DNA of 64,000 nucleotides from Camelus dromedarius (lineage: Eukaryota): contig NC_087436.1 in NCBI RefSeq assembly GCF_036321535.1, positions 53,260,001 through 53,324,000 on the forward strand, read 5' to 3'. Under the pieces are notes generated by a model. The model saw only the letters and a list, made by a program, of their open reading frames with translations, did no database searches and had not been told where the DNA came from. The position numbers and the translations under genes were made by a program. This document shows, piece after piece, positions 38,571 through 64,000 of the stretch (position 1 is its first letter; each line of letters starts with the position of its first letter).

Positions 38571-40819
38571 GCTCAAGAAGCCCCAGAACCCCTCAGACTT
38601 GGAAATAATCAATAGTTTGAGTATTGTGTGCCTTAGAATAGCCCTGTAAGGAAGGAAGTTTCTGTGTGTCACACAAATAGCTCGTGACTCCCCTAAACCT
38701 TTTGTATTTATTCTTATTTGAGCTTTGGAGCAGAAGTGGGGTTCCTTTTGAATTCTCTTTTATAAATAGAGGAGTAAACTTCACTCTAGCTTTCTTTTAG
38801 TGCCTACTTTCCCAAGGCCTGAATTTAGACTCTGGAAAAATATTTATTCCTTAAGTTATTTTTCAGCATTCTTTGCTTCCTGTCCCTGCAACTCAGATCC
38901 CAGACAAGGCATCCTAGGAGGATATTTATTTTTGACATTACAGTGAACAAATATTAATTGTTTTGAGATTACAGTGATCTACCCTAAGGTAACTGGATAC
39001 CACCAAGGTTACTGCAATTCCTGGATTTCCGGGTGAGTGGTAGACCAGAAATATAATGCTTACATAAGAAAGAGCTTGGTTGGTTTTTGTTTGTTTGTTT
39101 GTTTTTTCTGATTCACTTTTTTTTAAGAAGATTTCTTCATATTTGTTGACAGATATTACTGTGTTAAATAGCTTACCTGAACAATCTTTCACACAGCTGT
39201 GTGAACCAGGAGTTTTTTTTTAATTTCCATTTAGCATGCAGTTTAAGCTAATAAACAAGTTCTGGTTTTGTGTGATGTTTGTGCCAGCCGCACAGAGAAT
39301 GTTTTCTGGATTGTAAGTCCAAAAAGAAAAAAAAAGTCAAGTCCATGTATATGACCATTAATCTCATTGAATTAATCTTAAATTCAAAAGCCAATTTGAT
39401 AAAGCTACAGTATAACTATTTTTTTTTTATTTATTCTCCTTTCAATAATTTTATCTATTCTCATACGATGGCCCACTTCCAGGTTATTGCAAGTTTTATA
39501 CAAATAATACATGACCTATTTCAATACAATCACCATTTTGAAATCTTTCAGTAAACACTTTACTGAGGTTTTGTGGTAACCATTTCCTAAGAAAATTAAA
39601 TATTTACATATTATGTAGTTATTGAATATAGACTTTGATTCATTCTAATACAGCTTTTGAGAGTGGTTTTCTTGAGTCCATCTAAAGTTACATTGGTCTT
39701 TGTTCTTTCTAATCCTAGACTAGCTTACATGACACATAAAGTAGTAAAAAATAGTTAAATATTATTCTGCATTACTCTTTTAATTATAATAATATCACTG
39801 AGATATGTCACCACCACCACCAGAGCTATTGGTTAAATAATTAACATGAACTTCTGATTCTTGAAACTCTGAAGTATTCTTTATTTCAAGGAAGCCTTTT
39901 GCAGCTGAGTAAATCTAGGTTTTATCTGGTGTGTCCAGGTGCCCTCAGTTCTAGTTCACACGCAGGCATAAGTAGCTAGGTACACTTATGAAAGTCAAAG
40001 GTGAGCTATCAATAATTAATGCTGGGACAACAGTAACTGCCTGTGGCAAACTAAGATCTTTCATTACCCAGCTATAACTGTTCAAGCTGTAGCACAGGTC
40101 TTAAGTGAACCATGAACTTATTGATCATCATATAAATATCATTCACAATCTCTCATGGGACTAATGAGCATGGTAAGCAAAAATCAGGCCCCCTATGAAT
40201 ATAAGATGTATAAATTCACAGGGTAAGGGTTTGGGGGAGATGAGCAGATGTAGAAGTTCTTGATCTTAGAAATCATATTTTTAACAGCTAGGAGCCAGGA
40301 GGGCACTCCGAGCTGGTACACTACTGCACGGCATTACTAAGGCTCTGTTCCAACCCAGCTCCTTCCCCAACCCTGGAACTGAAGATAAAGTACTAGCGCT
40401 AGGATTGTAAATATTTCCCAACCCCTAGGAAGGTTGTGCTGTGCTCTGCAAACCCTGACTATGCCACCTGTGCCTTCATTTTAAGGGGGGATTTAAAACT
40501 GGAGGGAGAGAAAACACAGAGAGATGGAAAAAAGGAGAAAGGGGGGGGGAATCAGAGTGTCAAATCAAGACGTTCAACATCTGAGTAGTAGGAATTCTAG
40601 AATGAAAGAACAGACAAGGCAGAGTGAAAGGGGCAGGAAAGGAAGAGCATTAATTTTAAAAACTAGTAAATTTTCTAGAACTGAAGAAAGTTAATCTTCA
40701 TATTTTTTAAAAGCTACTGAGTGTCAGTAAAATGGCTAGAAGTACACCCACCCAGAGCACTGTAAAATCTCAGATTACTAGGGATTAAGAGAATATCCTA
40801 CAAGCTTCTGAAGACAATA

Positions 40820-41409
40820 TGAAGAAGGAGGAGGAAGGAGGGGCTGGAGGGATACAGCCACAAGCCAAGGAATGTGGTGGCCACCAGAAGCTGGAAAGGG
40901 CAAGGAACAGATTCTCTCCTCCAGTCTCCGTGGGAGAGCAGCCAGGCTGACACCTTGATTTCAGCCCAGTGATAAAGACTTTTGGCCTCCAGAACTGAGA
41001 GAAAACAAACCTCTGTTGCTTTAAGCCACTCAGTTTGTGGTACAGTCACCCACCTCTTATCTGCAGTTTCAGTCACCCACAGTCCACTGTGGTCCAAAAC
41101 TATTACATGGAAAAGTCCAGAAATAAACAGTTCAGAATTCACAAGTTTTCAATGGAGTGCCCTTCTAAGCAGCAGGATAAAAATCTCACGCCGTTCCCCT
41201 CCATCCTGCCCAGGATGTGAATCATCCCTTTGTCTAGCACATCCACATTGTATAGACTACCCACCTGCTAGCATAGGAAAAACCAGTATATATAGGGTTC
41301 AGTACTAGCTGAGGTTTCAAGCATTCACTGAGGGTCTTGAAACATATTCCTGCTCAGGTAAGGGGGAACTTCTGTAATTTGCTACAGCAGTTACAAAAAA
41401 GCAACACAA
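40820..41409 (+). mobile_element. MLT1 LTR 3' part, interrupted by a DNA transposon
   Basis: AGCCAAGGAATG..CACCAGAAGCTGGAAAGGGCAAGGAACAGATTCTC; sequence resumes after 41376. Confidence 0.8.
41043..41374. mobile_element. MER44/Tigger-derived element nested in MLT1
   Basis: CAG...CTG termini with TA duplication at 41041-41042 and 41375-41376; CCTCTTATC / GTAAGGGGG subterminal motifs. Confidence 0.8.
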
Positions 41410-43229
41410 CAGATTGCCCCAGATGCAGAGCACACCCAGGTCATTCTGGAGCAAGTCCAAGCCTCAAGGAGAGATTTCTCTACAAGACAAAATTGATGGG
41501 ATACTTGATGCATCTGTATGTCTTAAGTGGGGAATTAGACAACTAGTGATGATTTGGGCATTGAATTAGTTGTTAAGTATAAAGACAAAACAAAGCTAGG
41601 TTTTTAAAAGCCAGTATTTAATCCTAGGGAAAAACAAAATTGTTCAGGTAAAGATAAAAAAAAGCATTACAAACTACATGGCTCATCTGTAAGTAGCACT
41701 TACATAGTTATAATAATACAAATTACTCTAATATTTATTACTATTTTGGCAACAAGGGAGAGGTGATTTTTTTGTGTGGTAATGACTGCCCCAAATTCTT
41801 CTCCTTCAAAATGGGAAGTCAACAGACATGCCCAAGGAAAAGCCAAGTCAGGAATACATGCATGTTACTTAGAGATGGAGAGATAAAACACAACATAGTA
41901 AGTTTTGGAAGTTGACAGCAGTGGCTTCTAGGGAGAAGCAAATGTAGGAAGAAGTGGGAAAGCAAATGCTGCTGTTTTTCTTAAGAGATTTCGTAGAAAA
42001 AAATTTTGCATGTGTATATGCATGTATCATTTAGGTAAAATGAACATGAAAAATGAAAAACTGGAAACATGACAATAAAAGAGTGGGTTACAGTCTAGAA
42101 TCCATAAAATACAAAAGGAATGAAAATTGTAAAACCCAGTTCACAGCAGTGTGCAAACAGGGATATGCAGCTGAGCATTACATTTTGAATGACTGTATCA
42201 TCTAAGAATTCAAAAGGTACTAGATTGTGAACACCTTGGAAGTACTCTGAAAAATTTCTACTTGAAGGCACATGAAGGGTGTGCAAAACTCTGCAGAACA
42301 GGCCTATATAAATCTAACATGGAAAAGGGCAACTGGGCCCTGTTAGTTGTCTCTAGTGGCTCCTCCTTTGGTTTTTGATGATTCTGGACCTTTGTCTTTC
42401 TTCTCAAACCCCTTAACATGCTCATCCCAGTCCTTTCCGTCTCAGCAAATTATGACCATTAAAAAACATCAACTTAATCTGCCTGAACACTTGTTTACTT
42501 AAGGATCTGCTTCTGGGACCACTCCTGGTGCCAAGAGCTATATCACTGCATCCAGTTAGGAAAACAGAAAACTCTGTATTTCAAATAAAGTGGATTTAAT
42601 GCACACACACAAAAAAATTTTTGGTTACAGAGTTGTTGGAAGGCTGAAAGGTCACAAAGGGCATGTTGAGGTCCCTGAGACATTAACATTAAGCCCCAGG
42701 AGGACTGGAAGAATTTTTCTTTTAAAGTGGCAAGGTTGTCAGAATAGACACCTGAGCAAAAGGGGGCTATAGGACTGACACTTAGACCTCTGAGGAGAGG
42801 GTACAGCCCAATGGCTGCTCAGAAGACAAACTTAACACTTCTGCCACGGGAGCCGGGCCCAGCTGCTGCTGCCACCACTGAGGTCTGAAGCAAGGCTAGA
42901 ACCCAGAGAGCCTAGAGCAGCTGGAGGATGGAGCCAACAGTGTGACACACAGTGACACTAATGGAAACTAGAAAGAAAGTCCCCTCCCGCTCCTCCCGTG
43001 TTCACATCTCTCTAGTGACTCTCAGTGACGGAAACTTTAGGGAAGCTGCATGTCAGGGGACTACAGGGAACTGAGTTTGGAAAGTCATAGCCCCAGGATC
43101 ATAGAGCCAACTATAAAAGGGTAATAAACTGTGTGTGACAATAGGTCAATATCAACAGCAAAGCATTTATACCTATTTACTTTAATACCAAGCCACACTC
43201 TTCCCTGCTTCGCTCTAATTGCGAGGGGA

Positions 43230-43678
43230 CAGGGCATCTCTCTGCTTACATTGACATCTGCTCTTGCATGCTGTCTGCCTTATCCATTGTCCATCCATCC
43301 TCTTAGCATCTTAAACAGAGTAGTTTTAAATTCCCACTTCAATAATTCCAACATCTCTGCCATATCTGAGTCCAGTTCTAAAGCTCACTCTGTCTCTTTT
43401 AGTATGCCTTGTAATTTTTTCTCGATATCTGGACATGATGTATTGGGTGAAAGGAAATGTCAAAAAGAGGGTTTTAGTAATGTGGCAGTGAGATGTGGCG
43501 TGAGGGGAAGGATTCTATGGTTCTATGAGCAGCTCTCAATCTTTCAGTGAGACTGTGGCCCCTGGATAGTGAACCTCATAAGTGCTTCTCAGTTCCCCTC
43601 TCACACCCTTAGGTGGGACAGGATGGCTAGAGGGGGCTGAAGCTCGCTATTTCCCTTTCCCTGGGTAACTTAGGCTCT

Positions 43679-43720
<42 letters not shown>

Positions 43721-44235
43721 AGAAGTGTAGGCTTTGGTTAAATAGCTTCTCCTGAGGGAAGGTCTTTAGAAAACAAAATATGCTGGTACATTTCAAAGTG
43801 GTTTCTCCTCTCCTCCTCCTGCAGGAAGCAGAGGGAATTTTTCTTCAACAATAATTCTGAGAAACTGGTTGAGATCCAAGAGGTAAAATTCACAAAAGTG
43901 TGGGGGTCTCCTTATGACTGGGTCCCCCTGGAGTTGTCTAGCTCTCTCAGTTTTTACCTTGAGCCTCCAGCAACTCATCACAGTTCAGCTTTTCGTACCT
44001 GATGTTGGTTCCTGGGGTGGGGGCTCCAGTAAATTGTGAATCTCTGCAGTTGCCTGTTGGTTCCACCAATTTGGGGACAGCAGTCTGCCCTGAGACCTCA
44101 CTTCTCTTCTGGATCAAAAAAAGAGTCACTGATTCCTCAGTTTGTCCAGAGTTCTACTTGTTGTTAGGATGATGTGGTGCCTTCCAAGCTTCTTGCGTGC
44201 CCATTTACAAACCAGAAATTCTCTCAACTCTGTCT
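43230..44235 (-). mobile_element. Old L1 5'-region fragment (subfamily uncertain)
   Basis: Recalled similarity to L1M 5' consensus; boundaries approximate. Confidence 0.45.
43682..43718 (+). repeat. Pure A37 run
   Basis: Read directly. Confidence 0.95.
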
Positions 44236-45945
44236 TTATGCTCTCAGATCTATATGGAGTCACGCCTATTACTTTCCCATATTTCCCAACCAGGACATTC
44301 CACTCAAAATATTTCAAAGCTATCTAAAATTTTGCTCAAATTAACCACCCCTAGTAGTCAATAAAACCACCTTCTCCCACTCATCCAGGCTGGAATGTTG
44401 GAGTTATTTTGGATTTATCATGTGTACTTTAGCTTTGCCTTTGTACTTTCTCTTTGTTGATTCATTCTTTGCTACTTTCACTAAGCCCTGGGACGAGAGC
44501 AGTAAACAGATAAGAATGCAGACTTTGGGGCTAAACTGTAAGACTCCTGAGTCTGTCCCATATTCACTGGGAACCTGGCTTCTGAGCCTCGGTTTCCTCA
44601 CCTATAAAAAGTAATATAATAGTACTTCATAGGATTGATTTGAAAATTTTGAGTCAATGTAAAGTATTTAGAGCAGTGCCTGGCAAATACTAAATATGTA
44701 ATAGCTGCCAGTGTTATCACTATCATTCCTTCTTAGGAACTTTTACTCTGGAGAAGACCTCTTAGAATCTAATCTCCAGCTATTTGCTTCATCTCTTCTC
44801 AGTTTCTTATCTACAAAGGATGACTTATAATAATAACTTCCTAATTAAAGTTAAGCTAAACAATGTAAATAAAGCACTAATAAAGTAATCACTCAATAAT
44901 ATTTGGCCATTATTAGTGATATAATGTGATGATCAATAAAAGTAATACTGTCCTACAGAAGGTCACCATAGAGTCTTCATGGTTAAACGACTATGTTCAA
45001 TTGTGTAGATTGCACCTTTCCCTGGTACATATTTTTTATATTATTGAAATTATGGGTTTCATACTATTTTGCATCAGTTTAAAATCATTATGTTTTTGTT
45101 TCTGCATCATCTCAAAAATAATTATTTGCATAGTACTTCATCTTGATTCATATTCGTATTTCATGAAAACATTCAGATTATTGAAATTTGGAACTCAGAA
45201 AAGTGCCAGGAACATCCGTATGATTTTGCCTTAATGCTTCTCTGAGATTATGTCCTGACACCTTTCACAAGGAATCTATGAATAAAAATTTTAAACATTC
45301 TATACAATATCTTTATGTCAGGATCAGGGATCAAAGTTGCCAAAATATTTTCTAACTTAGGGAAAAAGAAGATAACTTTAACTCTCTCACCAACTTAGGC
45401 TTCAACATCAAAGTAAAATTTTAACTAAATACTTGATTTATGGGCAGATTAAACACACTGCCATAGCAGCTTAAATGTTTCTCCATTACTAACCTCCCTC
45501 TTTACCCTGCCTAAACCCCACGATATTTGAAAGCTATAAGATGATTTATGCCTCCAAGAGAAGACTTACATCTTTTTCCTTTCCAGGTATCTTTTAAATA
45601 AACATTAAGAATATTGCTTTGCCTAGTCAGTTGGTCTACAAAATAAGGAATTTAGACTGGACGATTTTTGAGCTGCTTCCTAAAGTGTTCTTCCTCAGGA
45701 CTTATAACATCTGGGGCCTACTTTGTGGATAGAAAACTGAATGTCTTACATAAAACCTGTTCTGCCCTGCTTTCTTTTTATAAAGTAATGGAAAGAATGT
45801 GGGTTTCTGAATTGGGACACATGTGGCTTAGGATTCTGCCACTGCCACTTCCCAGCTCCACAATACCGCTGGAGATGGTGTAGCTCTCTTCAGCTGCATA
45901 AGCTCAACCCTCTTTCTTTAACTGATCATTTCATGGCTGGACACT

Positions 45946-46310
45946 TGATATAGACCGAATGTTTCTGTCCCCCCAAATTTCATGTTTGAACCTAATCTAA
46001 TCCCCAATATGTGGTATGTGGAAGTGGGGCCTTTGTGAGGTGATTATGGCATGAGGGACAAGCCCTCAGGAGGGAGATTAGTACCCTTATAAAAGAGGCC
46101 TAGAGAGTGCCCTTGCTCCTTCCACCACGTGAGGACACAGTGAAAAGATGGCCATCTATGAACAGGAAATGGGCACTCACCAGACACAGAATCTGCGAGC
46201 ACCTAAACCTTGGATTCCTCAGCCTCCAGAACTATGACAAATAAATGTTTGTTGCTTAAACTATCCAGTCAGTGAAATTCTTGTTGTAGCAGCCCAGATG
46301 GACTAAGACA
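45946..46310 (+). mobile_element. MLT1A-like LTR ~2 kb upstream of ADH1
   Basis: GAATGTTTCTGTCCCCCCAAATTTCATG...CCTTATAAAAGAGG...GGACTAAGACA. Confidence 0.85.
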
Positions 46311-46589
46311 ACATCCGATCCAAGTGCTTGACAGACAGACTTAAGTTAAAAGATAGAAGCATTAGGCCCAGGCTGTATTCTGACTGAGACAGAGAGAGAG
46401 AGAGAAGCAAAGATGTGGAATAGTCAGTTATCCCTGGTACTCCTCTTTTTTAAGGCATACCACTCACTTCTTGTCCTTTGATGCTTATGTAATTGCCTAT
46501 TATATTTATACCACAAAACTCTTACTAACACCAACCTGAGTACTTTGCTGTTTTTGAAGCCAACATTTATGGCTTAAAAAGGACATTTA

Positions 46590-46750
46590 GGAATCTATAA
46601 TTTCTGAGTTTCTCGTCTCATCTGTAAAATGGGAATAATAATAGCATGTTCCTTGTGGGATTGCTCTGAGGATTATATGTGATAATGTATGGAAACCTCC
46701 CAGTAGAGTTCTGGAAACATAGTAGGTGCTCAATAAATTGTGCCCATTAG
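46590..46750 (+). mobile_element. MIR SINE (other MIR-like fragments near 3630, 9440, 31450, 35280, 44500, 47570, 49550, 62740)
   Basis: CTCATCTGTAAAATGGGAATAATAATAG...ACATAGTAGGTGCTCAATAAAT core. Confidence 0.8.
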
Positions 46751-48199
46751 CTTCCTGTAAATTTATGTCTCCTAAATAAACCACCAATTTATTAAGAACT
46801 TAGATTATTTCTGATACCCTACTCCTCCATCATCCTATAAATACATCAGTCCAATGAGTCTTGGAAATTGGTTGGGATATATGAGTCTCTTGATATTACC
46901 GAGAGTCTCTGAAAAGTAGTCAGACTCCCTTTCTTTGCACTGCCCTCTTCCATAGGTTAGGGAGGGGGAGCACAGGGTAGTGGCCATTCTCTAGAATGGT
47001 GCCTATTCAATGATCATAAGACCACAATAAGACGGAGGAACATTCTCACCTCTCTGTTGGGTGGATATAGTGGAGCCCTAGTATGACTCTCTACATCTGC
47101 ATAAGTAAAGTTGGAAACAGATAATAGTGTTGTTCCCTTGACCGTTTCAGAGAAATATATCCTTTTTGTTAACATATACATGTTTACAGACTATATCTAA
47201 TTAAGTCATTGAATGCACTCTGTCCCCCAAGTGTTGGTAAAAGACTTGAGATTTATTAAAAATCAAACTCATGTTCTCTTCTCATACTCGTGGTATTGAA
47301 CAAACAACAAAGGAGACGCACAGTGAGTTTTTTTGTTTTTTTTTTTTTGACTAACTGCCAAAATGATCATTATTCAGTTTCTAACTTAAATGTCTTCACT
47401 CTGCAAAGCCTCCTCTCAATCCTTCAGGCAGAATGCCCTCTCTCTGATAGAGAACATCCCAGATGATCTAACTTGGTTGCCTGTATTGTTTTCCCTCATA
47501 GATTGAGCTCACTTTGATGGATAATTCATTGTACCTAATATTTATTAAAGGTTGTCCTATTTGTCAGGCTCCCTGATAAGTGCTTGAAAAGGATTATCTT
47601 GTTTGTTCATCAAACAACCCCTTCAGATGGTACTACTATTCATCTACATTTTACTGATAAGGAAACATCAAATAATGAGTTGAAGTTCATACACCTAGTG
47701 AGAATAGGGACTGGCTGAACCCAAGGCCATGGTATTCCCACAGCCCCATACTGCCTCTTGGCATGGGTAGAGGCCATATCTTATCCATCACTGTCACCCC
47801 ACTGTACTCACCTAAGGGTCTGAAACAGGGACATTCTCAGTCAGTGCTGATTGGTATTGAGTGGCGCAGAAATGCAATTGATTGGTGCCTGACTTCTCTG
47901 CTGTGAAGAGGGGGAGAGTGCTGCAACAGATACATTCCTCAGGGTGTAGCTATCTCCGTCCTATGTCTTTGTGCGGCTTTCTTCCTTCTTTCTAACTGCA
48001 TTGTATGGATTAGAAGTTGGAGCTTAGTTGAACACCCTGTGTGGAACTGAGAGAGGAGAAATATGGAACCCCAAAATAAAGATACACAGAGAGAGAAATA
48101 TTTAACCTAATGAAATCAAGTTGTTACCTGAAACTGACCTATTGCAAACACAGTTAATGTGTGAGTTCTGGTTCACTGCCCTTTCCTTCCTGATTTGGC

Positions 48200-48376
48200 T
48201 TAGCCTAAGAATAAGCTGATGGGCATGGCTTAAAGATCCCAGATCACATGTGTAGAATTGGGCATTGCTCAAGCAAACAGACATCTGTGCACTGTATCTG
48301 CTGTACGTACTTGAGCAGAGAAGAGTCTGCAAGAAGCAAGAAGTCACATCTCCTGGCCTGCAGAGAAAACAGAAAC
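48200..48376 (+). promoter_or_regulatory. ADH1 proximal promoter and 5' UTR
   Basis: Directly upstream of exon 1. Contains GGGCATGGC (48221-48229), E-box CACATG (48245-48250) and ATTGCTCAAGCAAACA (C/EBP/FOXA-like). Collinear with the recalled human class I ADH promoter. Confidence 0.7.
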
Positions 48377-61532
<13,156 letters not shown>

Positions 61533-61633
61533 GACCGTACACGTGCCTTCACTTGTAGCAGTCTTCTGGCTCCTCCATCATCGGAAACATCAGCCAAACA
61601 TCGTCAATAATTCTATTCTTCAGAGATGCTACT

Positions 61634-61639
61634 AATAAA
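61634..61639 (+). terminator. ADH1 proximal polyadenylation signal; a distal AATAAA lies at 62156-62161
   Basis: AATAAA ~100 nt after the stop codon. Confidence 0.6.
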
Positions 61640-64000
61640 TTACATATGGGAGCTTTCCAAAAGAAATCAAAATTGATGTAAAATTATCTTTCAAACAAAT
61701 GTTTAAAATTCAAGTGAGAGCTAGATGAACTATCATTTGGGTAACTGAGTCCAACAAACATTCCTTCTTAATCATTCTACTCATGCTGAATCATGTCATC
61801 TTTCCCATTGAGGAAAGCTATTTCTTTTGATTTCTTGTCCTTTTGGTATCTTTACCACCCTTAGTCATTGAAGCCTTAGTCATTGAGAAGGTCTTCATTA
61901 TGCTTGTCCCGCAACATACAAGTCATGGGCTGTTGTGCTTAAAATCTTCCACCTGTATTTCCACTGTCTGTATTTTCCTTTTTATGAAATGGAGCAAAAC
62001 CATACAGTAAAAACTGCAGTCTGCAAAAGGATATACTCAGATTTATAAGTGGAGAAGGTCCAGAAAATCTAAATATAGGACATTTCTTAGGGAAATGTCA
62101 CATATTTTGAAGGTAAAGAAAGTGGTTTTAGTGCTTTTATACTGTTTGCAGTAAAAATAAAAGCAGCTTCATGCTACATGTATTAAATGTGAGGCCTGAA
62201 TATTAAATCTAAAAACTGAACTATTATTGGAACCATATTCCAAAAGTCTATAATTTTTACTCAAGAAAGTACTTTACTAGTTAAATGATCTTAGTTAATT
62301 ATTACGATTAACTGAAAATGAGTCATAGGGCAATTAAAAAGTATTATGGTGGCTTGAAGTCTAGGGATGAGAAGGAAGCGGCTGTGGACAAAGCATGTCA
62401 AATGGGTAGCTCAGAAATGACACAAACATCCAAAGCAATAGATTTTCTGAGTAGATATCGATACATACACAGGTGTATATATTTGCAAAATTATTTTCAA
62501 TCTAGAATTTTTCTATTAGCTATCAGGTCTTAAGTCTAGAAGCCTGGAATTAGTTTGATGTTTCCAATATGTGAAAGCCTATGGTATTCATTTCTTAATG
62601 CTTTCTCACAGGAAGATTTGCATTTTGAGCTTCATCTGTCAGTGTGCAATGAAAATCTTATTCCTTTAAGGGGTTTTAACTATCTTTGAAAGTGATTTAG
62701 TTCCACGTCTACAATTTATTCTATATTGTGGAAAGGACTCTAGACTCAGAGCAAGTGCTCTACCACTTACTTGTAAGTTACTCAACCTCTCTAAGCCCAT
62801 TTCATCCTTTCTTTTAAAAAAATTATTCTACCAATCCATTACAGCTTCATGAAGATTACATGGAATGATGTAATGAAAAGGCTTTGTCTGTGTTGTGCCA
62901 TGTAAATGTAGGGAATGGTTTCATTGTTTTGTCAAAGATGCTGACAGAGATAATTAGGGTTAGGGGAGCTTCCAGAATATCCCTAAGTTTTCAGAATGTC
63001 CTAGCATCATGGAATACTATGTTCCCATGCTGCTGGGTGCTCCAGTTGGTGTGATAATGTGAGATCCAGAGAAAAAAGAATTGGTTCTGCTTTCAGTTAA
63101 TTCTAATATGCCAATATTGATTCATTAATTATAATAAATACAACAAACTAATATGTCAATAATAGGGGAAATTGTGTGTGTGTTTGTGGAGGGAGGTAAA
63201 TAGGAACTTTCTTCACTATCTTCATAATTTATCCATAAACCTAAAACTTTTTAAATTAAAATGTATTTTTATTAAAAATACTTCATAAATACTAAATATT
63301 TTAAAATCACATTTTTACAAAGTGTAAAAAAACTTTCAAAAGTCCTTAAAGACACTACACTCACTGTACAATATTTTAGTCAGAATGATATCTGAATATC
63401 CCATTGTATTTCATTCCAAATCTTGTAGAATTATGCAAACTATGTATTGAGATACATATGTATAATCTTCTGAAGAGACAGCAGCCAGTGTTGCCTATAA
63501 TTTTTATCTTTATTTGCAAATTAAGTCATTTTTATGTAAGGGTTGTGTCAGGTTTGAGATGTTAATAGGCAAAGTGCACTGCTAGAGCTTTGGGAGTTTG
63601 CAAAGTTGCAAATCTCAGTATGTGTGTTATTATCAAAGTCATCACTTATACGATTTGTAACATACTGATTAAAAGAGAAAACAAAATAGCAACACTTAGG
63701 ACGATATAAAGATCACTTATGAAAAGTGCTTTTATGTTAAAGAATGACAAATCTCTTCACTGAAAATGTAGTACAAAATAAAAGTAAATATCATTAATAA
63801 AACAAAATTTTAAAAAAGAGACGGTTCTAAATGCCCATGTCACAATAGTGGGTATAAAATCCTACTGGTTGCCCAGAGGCCTGCATCTGGCCCCAACCCT
63901 CCATCCTCCCAGGTTGTGGGAGCAGGTGGAGAGGGGATATAGGCATGCATGTCAGTGTTCTCACAGAGGGGCACAGGGCTCCATGGGGGGGAAGGGGGGG

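Overview
Mammalian genomic DNA, repeat-rich and intron-containing. tRNA-derived SINEs resembling Vic-1 and the young L1 3' tails suggest a camelid; this is recognised from memory, not searched. The window covers part of the alcohol dehydrogenase cluster. (1) A degraded class IV ADH7 pseudogene on + (~5534-19210). Exons 1-5, 8 and 9 are recognisable and exons 6-7 are absent. It has a broken exon 2 acceptor, a broken exon 8 donor, frameshifts, lost Zn ligands and a small inverted duplication in exon 9. (2) ~29 kb downstream, an intact 9-exon class I ADH1 gene on + (48377-61532; 1128 nt; 375 aa; all introns GT-AG). The rest is L1, L2, MIR, SINE, MaLR/ERV LTR and Tigger repeats and microsatellites. 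I found no evidence of a new biological system. The best leads are the mechanism of ADH7 loss, an apparently TATA-less ADH1 promoter, unusual ADH1 pocket residues, a candidate hepatic enhancer and a tiny L1 insertion in ADH1 intron 4. Comparisons with human or horse sequences and all repeat family names come from recall and need alignment to confirm.
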